Shown here: positions 57,781-64,000 of the stretch, piece after piece
How the letters are laid out: each line of letters begins with the position of its first letter
Numbering within the stretch: position 1 is the stretch's first letter
Assembly (NCBI GenBank): GCA_965200315.1
Contig: OZ241362.1
Location: 4,512,001 to 4,576,000 of the forward strand
Length of the DNA: 64,000 nt
Direction: 5' to 3'
Source: Candidatus Latescibacterota bacterium
Lineage (GTDB): Bacteria > Latescibacterota > UBA2968 > UBA8231
Translations under genes and position numbers: made by a program
Notes under the pieces: generated by a model
The model's database searches: none
Seen by the model: the letters and a program-made list of their open reading frames with translations, nothing else
Told to the model about the DNA's origin: nothing

Positions 57781-59244
57781 ATGAACGGCCCCCGCATCCT
57801 CGCGCTGATCGACGACCTGCTAGCCGCCCCTGCCGAGACCTCTTGTGTCGAGTTCAAGGAGAACAACTTTGCGCCCGCTGCGATTGGCAAATACATCTCG
57901 GCTCTCGCCAATGCCGCTGCGCTGGCAGAGCGAGATTTCGCCTATCTGCTCTGGGGGGTGCGGGATTCCGACCGCGCCATAACCGGTACGCGCTTTGAAC
58001 CGGATGCGGTCAAACACCAAGGCCAACCGCTGGCATTTTGGCTGACGCAGCGGCTCAACCCGGATGTCGCGTTCCGGTTTCAGGTTGTGGAGCATCCGCA
58101 AGGCCGGCTGGTTTTGCTCGAGATTCCCGCCGCAACCACTAGTCCGGTGGAGTTCGACCGCACGGCATATTGCCGAATCGGCTCGGCAACGCCGCGCCTG
58201 TCCGATTATCCCGACCGCCAGAAAGCACTCTGGAGCAAACTCCAGCCTTATCTCTGGGAAAGCGGCATCGCCGCACCGTTTCTCACCGACGATGCCGTGC
58301 TGGCCCGCATTGACTGTGCGAGCTATTTCGAGCTTATGGAGCAACCTCTGCCCGTCAATCCGCGAGGTATTCTGGAGCGATTGAGCCAAGACCAAATAAT
58401 CGCCCCGGATGTCGGTGGCCGCTGGAATATCACCAATCTGGGCGCGATTCTGTTTGCCAAGCGCCTCAATGAGTTCGATTCGCGGATTGCGCGTAAGGCG
58501 GTGCGCTTCACGGCCTACGCTGGAAAGGGCCGTGCGGATACAGTAACTCACCGGCACGACGAACCCCGCGGTTATGCCGTTGGCTTTGCGAGGATTGTCG
58601 ATTATATCGACCGGCTGTTGCCGCGCAACGAGCAAATCGACCGAGTCTTTCGCATTGAGCAACCGCTGTTTCCGCCAGTTGCCCTCCGCGAGTTGGTTGC
58701 CAATGCGCTCATTCACCAAGACATGACCATTACCGGGGCCGGGCCGTCCATTGAGCTCTTCAGCAACCGGCTGGAGATCACCAATCCGGGCAAGCCTCTA
58801 GTTAGCCCCAACCGCTTTATTGACTCTCCGCCGCGCTCGCGGAACGAAGCACTTGCCGCATTCATGCGACGCATGAAGTTGTGCGAGGAGCAAGGCACAG
58901 GTATCGACAAGGTCGTGGCAGCGGTGGAGGTCTATCAATTGCCACCACCGGATTTTCGCGTACAGGAAGGTGGGATAGAGGCGACAAGTGCGGTTCTTTT
59001 TGCGCCGCGCCGGTTTGCGGCAATGACGGTTGAAGAGCGCGTCCGGGCGTGCTATCAGCACGCCGTGTTGAAGTTCGTGAATGGAGAATTGATGAAAAAC
59101 AGCAGCCTGCGAGCGCGTTTAGGCATAGATACGCGAAATGCCGCACAAGTGTCGCAGGTAATCCGGCGAGCGCGAGACCAGCAACTTATCAAAGTCGCCG
59201 ATCCCGAACGCCCACAATCGGGCTACGTGCCGTTTTGGGCATGA
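57781..59244 (+). CDS. Schlafen/AlbA_2 + HATPase_c_4 (RecG C-terminal-like) + winged-helix protein
   Basis: ETSCVEFKEN, ISALAN, YLLWGV.D, Y.RIGS (AlbA_2); ALRELVANALIHQD, RLEITNPG, RNE.LA..MR...CEE.G.GIDK; C-terminal wHTH ending YVPFWA. Confidence 0.88.
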   Translation: MNGPRILALIDDLLAAPAETSCVEFKENNFAPAAIGKYISALANAAALAERDFAYLLWGVRDSDRAITGTRFEPDAVKHQGQPLAFWLTQRLNPDVAFRFQVVEHPQGRLVLLEIPAATTSPVEFDRTAYCRIGSATPRLSDYPDRQKALWSKLQPYLWESGIAAPFLTDDAVLARIDCASYFELMEQPLPVNPRGILERLSQDQIIAPDVGGRWNITNLGAILFAKRLNEFDSRIARKAVRFTAYAGKGRADTVTHRHDEPRGYAVGFARIVDYIDRLLPRNEQIDRVFRIEQPLFPPVALRELVANALIHQDMTITGAGPSIELFSNRLEITNPGKPLVSPNRFIDSPPRSRNEALAAFMRRMKLCEEQGTGIDKVVAAVEVYQLPPPDFRVQEGGIEATSAVLFAPRRFAAMTVEERVRACYQHAVLKFVNGELMKNSSLRARLGIDTRNAAQVSQVIRRARDQQLIKVADPERPQSGYVPFWA

Positions 59245-59362
59245 GCGGCCCAAGTTTGATCGGGTTTTGATTCTGAGCGCGAAGCGGAGGTTATGGGTGT
59301 TAAAAATATCTTGTAAAAACAATAAGTTATAACTTTGCTCAAAGTTTGACCGAGGTTTGATT
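59229..59362 (+). repeat. Tripartite motif copy B
   Basis: GTTTGATCGGGTTTTGATT 59254-59272; TAAAAATATCTTGTAAAAACAATAAGTTA 59301-59329; GTTTGACCGAGGTTTGATT 59344-59362. Confidence 0.85.
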
Positions 59363-59386
59363 CCACCTTTTACACGAGGATATCTC

Positions 59387-60382
59387 ATGATCCGCATGGC
59401 GCAATACGGCACCAAGCACGGTCACGCGGCCGGCAAACTCAAGGCCATGCTCAGCAACCCCGAGGTCGAAGTCGTCGGCCTGTACGAACCCGACGCCGAG
59501 CGCCGCCGGCAACTTGCCGACGACGAACTCTATCGGCAGGTCCGCTTCTTAGACAGTGAGGAGGAACTGCTCGGCGATAGGTCCATTGTCGCGGTTGCCT
59601 CTGAGGGCCGCAACGACGAGAGCTTGGACCAGACCGAGCGCATCGTCCAAGCCGGCAAACACGTGTGGTACGACAAGCCGGCTGGAGACGATTGGGCGCA
59701 GTGGCAACGGGTCGTAGCAGAGGCGCGGGCTGCCGATCTGCAAGTGCAAATGGGCTTTATGCTGCGCTACCATCCCGGCTTCAGCCAAGTCGCACAGTGG
59801 GCGCGGTCAGGGTTTTTGGGCAACGTCTATTCGGTGCGCGCCCACATGTCCACCAACATCACGGCGGCCGGGCGCGAAGTAATCGCCGCCGGGCACCACG
59901 GCGGCATCTTCTACGATCTAGCTGGGCACATGCTCGACCAAGTGGTGTGGATTTTGGGGCGGCCCGAGAAGGTGACGGCCTTTCTGCGCAACGACACCGG
60001 CGTCGTGCCCGCGTTTCAGGACAACACGCTCGGGGTTTTTGAATACGAGCGGGCCATGGCTTGGGTCGATATTGCGGCGATGGAGCCGCAGCCAATGGCG
60101 CGGCGTTTTGAGGTCTATGGCGAGCGCGGCAGCGCGATTCTGCTAGAGCCTTTTGAGCCGGGCCACGCCATCCGGCTCTGTCTGACCCAAGCGGCCGACG
60201 GCTATGCGGCGGGCGAGCAGATGGTGCCTTTTGCAGGAATTTCGCGGCAAGGACTCTACGAACTCGAACTGGCGTCCCTTATAAGGGTGCTCAAGGGCGA
60301 ACACGGTCCAGACCGCTCGCTCAGCCACGAACTCCTCGTGCAGGAGACCTTGCTACGCGGGACCGGGCTTATTGCGGGCTGA
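59387..60382 (+). CDS. Gfo/Idh/MocA family oxidoreductase
   Basis: AGKHVWYDKP, QMGFMLRYHP, GGIFYDLAGHMLD. Confidence 0.9.
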   Translation: MIRMAQYGTKHGHAAGKLKAMLSNPEVEVVGLYEPDAERRRQLADDELYRQVRFLDSEEELLGDRSIVAVASEGRNDESLDQTERIVQAGKHVWYDKPAGDDWAQWQRVVAEARAADLQVQMGFMLRYHPGFSQVAQWARSGFLGNVYSVRAHMSTNITAAGREVIAAGHHGGIFYDLAGHMLDQVVWILGRPEKVTAFLRNDTGVVPAFQDNTLGVFEYERAMAWVDIAAMEPQPMARRFEVYGERGSAILLEPFEPGHAIRLCLTQAADGYAAGEQMVPFAGISRQGLYELELASLIRVLKGEHGPDRSLSHELLVQETLLRGTGLIAG

Positions 60383-61420
60383 GCCATGCCTCGGCAAGTA
60401 CGCGCTTGATCGGCGGGCTTGCTAGCTGAAAGTTGCGGCCAACCGGGCGCGGATGCGGGAACCACTTCCACAGCAAGGCACCCACGGCGCAAGCGGTGCT
60501 TGGTGCGACTGGTTGTACCCCAGTTCGGTGAAGAGGATGTTGCGGTTGTGTAGCTCGCCAAAGGCCCGCAGCTCCTCCATGCGATCGGCCCAACCAGCGC
60601 GAATATCCTCCTCGTCGTAGTCGGGATCGTCGGTGAGGGGGAAATAAGCCTGGATGCCGATGACGTCGAGAGCGTCCCAGAAGGGCACTTGGCGGTAGTC
60701 GGTCCAATTGGCCGCGTAGGTCAGGGGCGCGTCGGTGCGCTGGCGCACCTCGGCAATGAGTGCGCGCCATTCCTCCTCAAAGCTCAACATGCGGTCGAGC
60801 TCGGTGCCGACGACAAAGCCATCGGCCTTCCGGCAGACAGTGGCCAACAGTGTGATCCACGCCCGATAGTCCCGCCAGAATCGCTGCCAATCCTCAGCGC
60901 GGGTAAAGGCGATTTCGCCCCGCCAAGAAAAGGGCGAGCGCCAATAGGCGATATGGGGTTTGATGTAGATGCTCAACCCCAAGCGGTGGGCCTCGCGGAT
61001 GGGACGGACGATATGAGCGGGCGGGTCGGCCAGATCGATATCCGACCACCGCAGGGTGCCGTCGGCGCGGATGCTGGCGTAGGGATGGATCGCCACCCAG
61101 TTGGCACCGACAGCGCGAATGTCCTCCAAGGTCGGCACGATGGCGTCGGTGCCCCAGTCGCGGCCAATGCCGTGCGTGGAAATGGTGATACCGCGGACCT
61201 CAGTATCGCCGGCCAAGGTCGCTCCGGCGAGCGCGATGACGAGCGCGAAAGCGTTGATATAGCAACTCGTTCTGCGCCTATCTGCATCTGTCTGCGGATC
61301 CGACAGTCTTGTGCCTCCTATTCTGCGTCCATCTGCGTCCATCTGCGGATCATATAGCCTTGTACATCCTATTCGCGGATCATCTTGTGAATGACGTAGG
61401 ATTGCTATAGCATTGGACAT
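60369..61420 (-). pseudogene. GH113-like glycoside hydrolase with an internal deletion/frameshift near the 3' end; start uncertain
   Basis: GANWVAI.P, KPHI, VGTEL, LTYAANW, IGIQAYFPL, FTELGY; after PLAPW the native tail GALLWKWFPHPRPVGRNFQL...VLAEAW is in another frame. Confidence 0.75.
61270..61383 (-). repeat. CGCAGATRGA-type element, copy 2 plus two degenerate partial copies
   Basis: 61306-61367 is the reverse complement of 35964-36020 with few differences; further TCTGCG units at 61270-61300 and 61368-61383. Confidence 0.8.
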
Positions 61421-61454
61421 AGTAGGGTAAATATACAGAACGGGAGACAAAACC

Positions 61455-62840
61455 ATGCGTCCGAACATTCTCTGGATCTGCACCGATCAGCAGCGCTACG
61501 ATACGATTGGCGCACTGGGCAACGAGCACATCCGCACACCGAACATCGACCGCCTAGTCGGCGAGGGCACTGCGTTTACCCACGCCTTCTGCCAAAGCCC
61601 CATCTGCACCCCCAGCCGCGCCAGTTTTCTCACCGGCATGTATCCGAGCAGCGTCCACGGCTGCACCAATGGCAATGCCTACTGGGCCGGCGCGGCCCCG
61701 CTGGTCACCAAGCTGCTGGCCGACGCTGCGTCCTACGACTGCGGACTGGCCGGCAAGCTGCACCTAGCTGGTGCCCACGGCCGGATCGAGCCGCGTGGCG
61801 CCGACGGCTATCGCGTCTTCCACTGGAGCCACGACTCGCGCGACCAGTGGCCCGAAGGCCACGCGTACGCGGATTGGGTCCGCACCCAAGGCCGCACCTT
61901 AGCCGAGCTGCGCGAGGACCCTGCCCAGATGCCGGCGGCACTACACCAGACGACTTGGTGTGCAGACAAGGCCATTGAGTTCATGCGCGAGGAGCGCACC
62001 ACGCCTTGGCTGATGAGCGTCAACATGTTCGATCCGCACGCGCCCTTCGACCCGCCGCACGCGTACTTGGACCGCTACGATCCGGCGGCTCTGCCCGATC
62101 CGCTGTGGAGCGAAAAGGATCCCCAGGCCCATGAGCAACTCGGGCCGGTGGACGGCGCCGCGTCCATTGGCTTGGGTCAGGCCAAAGAGGTCATGGCGGC
62201 GTACTACGCGATGATCGAATTGATCGACGACAATGTGGGACGCATGATCCAAGCCCTAGAAGAAAGCGGCCAGCGCGAAAACACCCTAGTGATTTTCACT
62301 TCGGATCACGGCGAGCTGTTGGGCGACCATCAGCTTGTGGGCAAGGGGTGTCGATTTTACGAGTGCTTGGTGCGGGTGCCACTGATTTGCTCTTGGCCGG
62401 GGCATGTGCGCCAAGGAAGCGTCTGCGCTGCGCTGGTCGAACTGATGGACCTTGCCCCGACCTTGCTGGAACTAGCCGAAGTCCCCGCGCCCTGCAGAAT
62501 GCAGGGACGCTCGCTGTGGCCGCTGCTGACCGGCCAAACCGAGACGCACCGCGCCTACGTCCGCAGCGAGTACTACCGAGCCCTCAACCCGGACTCACCG
62601 GGTCGGGAGCATCTCCAAGGCACCTACGGCACGATGATCCGCGACCAGCGCTACAAGCTGATCTGCTACCACGACCGCGCCCAAGGCGAGCTGTTTGATC
62701 TAGAGGAAGACCCCGGCGAGTTCGACAACCGCTGGGACGACCCCACTTATGCAGCCGTGCGCTTCGCGCTGCTAAAACAGAACTTCGACGCGCTGGCCCA
62801 AGCCGTGGATATTGGCCCCAAGCAGGTTACGCAGTTTTAG
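61455..62840 (+). CDS. Cys-type sulfatase
   Basis: PNILWICTDQQR, CQSPICTPSRASFLTG, GKLH, FTSDHGE. Confidence 0.93.
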   Translation: MRPNILWICTDQQRYDTIGALGNEHIRTPNIDRLVGEGTAFTHAFCQSPICTPSRASFLTGMYPSSVHGCTNGNAYWAGAAPLVTKLLADAASYDCGLAGKLHLAGAHGRIEPRGADGYRVFHWSHDSRDQWPEGHAYADWVRTQGRTLAELREDPAQMPAALHQTTWCADKAIEFMREERTTPWLMSVNMFDPHAPFDPPHAYLDRYDPAALPDPLWSEKDPQAHEQLGPVDGAASIGLGQAKEVMAAYYAMIELIDDNVGRMIQALEESGQRENTLVIFTSDHGELLGDHQLVGKGCRFYECLVRVPLICSWPGHVRQGSVCAALVELMDLAPTLLELAEVPAPCRMQGRSLWPLLTGQTETHRAYVRSEYYRALNPDSPGREHLQGTYGTMIRDQRYKLICYHDRAQGELFDLEEDPGEFDNRWDDPTYAAVRFALLKQNFDALAQAVDIGPKQVTQF

Positions 62841-62854
62841 CAGTCGCCAGCCTT

Positions 62855-63763
62855 ATGCGCGATCAGAAAAAGGCTTATCTCTGCGGGTTGGCTTCTGTGC
62901 TGCTGTGGTCAACCGTGGCGTCGGCGTTCAAGCTCACCCTCCGCTATATGGACTACGCCGAACTACTGTTCTGGGCTAGCTGCACTTCGACCGGGGTGTT
63001 GGGGGTACTACTTGTCGCGCAGGGGAAAATGGGACAGGTGTTCAGGAGCCGGCCGACTGACTGCGCCCGCTCGCTGATGCTGGGGGCGTTAAACCCCCTG
63101 CTCTACTATCTGATCCTCTTCAAAGCCTACCAGCTTCTGCCCGCCCAAGAAGCGCAGGCACTCAACTATACTTGGGCACTCACGCTAACTTGGCTCTCCA
63201 TACCGCTTCTAGGGCAGCGAATTAGCCGGCGCGATTGGGTCGCAGGCTTGGTCTGCTATGCGGGTGTACTGGTCATCTCCACGCACGGCGAAATCTGGAC
63301 TTTGCGCTTTTCCAATCCGCTCGGGGTGGCGCTGGCGCTGGGCAGCACGGTGGTATGGGCCTTGTATTGGATATACAATACCTTTTACAATATCCGCGAC
63401 GGGCGCGATCCCGTGGTGCGGCTCTTCCTCAATTTCGCTCTGTCCCTGCCGCTGACGTTCGGCTTCGTCCTGCTGATGGGCCAGTGGCAGGTGCCTGCCT
63501 GGCCGGGTTTGTTGGGGCCGGCCTACATCGGCCTCTTCGAGATGGGAATCGCCTATGTCCTATGGCAGTGCGCGCTGCGCTACGCGGAAAACACCTCCAA
63601 AGTCGGCAACCTAATTTTCATTTCCCCGTTCTGCTCCCTAGTGCTGATTCACTTCGTGTTAGGAGAGGCAATTCGCTGGGCGACCCTAGCGGGGCTTGTG
63701 TTCATCGTCGCTGGCTTGCTCTACCAGCAAAGGGGCGCGAAAGCTCACGCCGCCGGCTCGTGA
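62855..63763 (+). CDS. DMT/EamA family transporter
   Basis: About 10 TM; LWSTVASAFK, LPAQEAQALNYTW, LIFISPF.S. Confidence 0.9.
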   Translation: MRDQKKAYLCGLASVLLWSTVASAFKLTLRYMDYAELLFWASCTSTGVLGVLLVAQGKMGQVFRSRPTDCARSLMLGALNPLLYYLILFKAYQLLPAQEAQALNYTWALTLTWLSIPLLGQRISRRDWVAGLVCYAGVLVISTHGEIWTLRFSNPLGVALALGSTVVWALYWIYNTFYNIRDGRDPVVRLFLNFALSLPLTFGFVLLMGQWQVPAWPGLLGPAYIGLFEMGIAYVLWQCALRYAENTSKVGNLIFISPFCSLVLIHFVLGEAIRWATLAGLVFIVAGLLYQQRGAKAHAAGS

Positions 63764-63931
63764 TCCTCTCGTCACCGTCTCCACAAGCAGCCCAAGCAGG
63801 ATGGATGCGCTCTGAGTATGCAAAGGGGAAATGATGTGGACAGGACGTAACTATTTTTCTTGTTATTTGCCGAAAAATAACTGTAATTCTCGTTTGATAC
63901 GCATTTTTCAAGCATTTTTTTTAAACGCACT

Positions 63932-64000
63932 ATGGCTAAACAAGATCAAGATCAATCGAGATACAAGCTCGCGGGGTACTCAGCACTGATCGAGCAGTAC
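63932..64000 (+). CDS. Start of a CDS running off the window, possibly Fic family
   Basis: MAKQDQDQSRYKLAGYSALIEQY; AGY.ALI..Y resembles the N-terminus of long Fic proteins; only 23 codons visible. Confidence 0.35.
   Translation, partial: MAKQDQDQSRYKLAGYSALIEQY

Noticed and set aside
1-64000. tRNA, rRNA, transposase, integrase, reverse transcriptase or prophage genes
   Set aside because: None recognised by eye or in the ORF track; tRNAscan and HMM searches would be needed to exclude them fully.

Overview
GC-rich (~60% by eye) bacterial chromosomal window. Its content (three Cys-type sulfatases, two PhyH dioxygenases, an FlgD/T9SS-like C-terminal sorting domain, an Ig-repeat surface protein) suggests a Latescibacterota/Gemmatimonadota-like, possibly host-associated bacterium; this is an inference. 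Housekeeping blocks include envelope glycosyltransferases, mazG, parA, a lytR-rsfS-mtnA-SPOR-mltD-mreD-mrdA-rodA-TPR operon, trxB, rsmA and a phosphohexomutase. They are interspersed with many decayed loci: a LamG/FlgD pseudogene, a BglII/BstYI-type restriction endonuclease with its catalytic segment deleted beside an intact methyltransferase, a doubly frameshifted HicBA pair, internally deleted uxuA-like and GH113 genes, a Zn-dehydrogenase whose middle is replaced by a foreign small ORF, and a cas3 stub fused to a two-spacer type I-E CRISPR remnant. Top candidates for new biology: (1) a Schlafen/AlbA_2-HATPase-wHTH gene bracketed by two copies of a ~110-bp tripartite DNA motif (box, AT-rich core, box), one of which interrupts a CRISPR repeat; (2) a ~92-nt three-way-junction RNA between a sigma70-like promoter and a parA gene that is followed by a receiver-less sigma54 activator; (3) window-wide CCWGG depletion with enrichment of its C-to-T products. 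No rRNA or tRNA genes were recognised.
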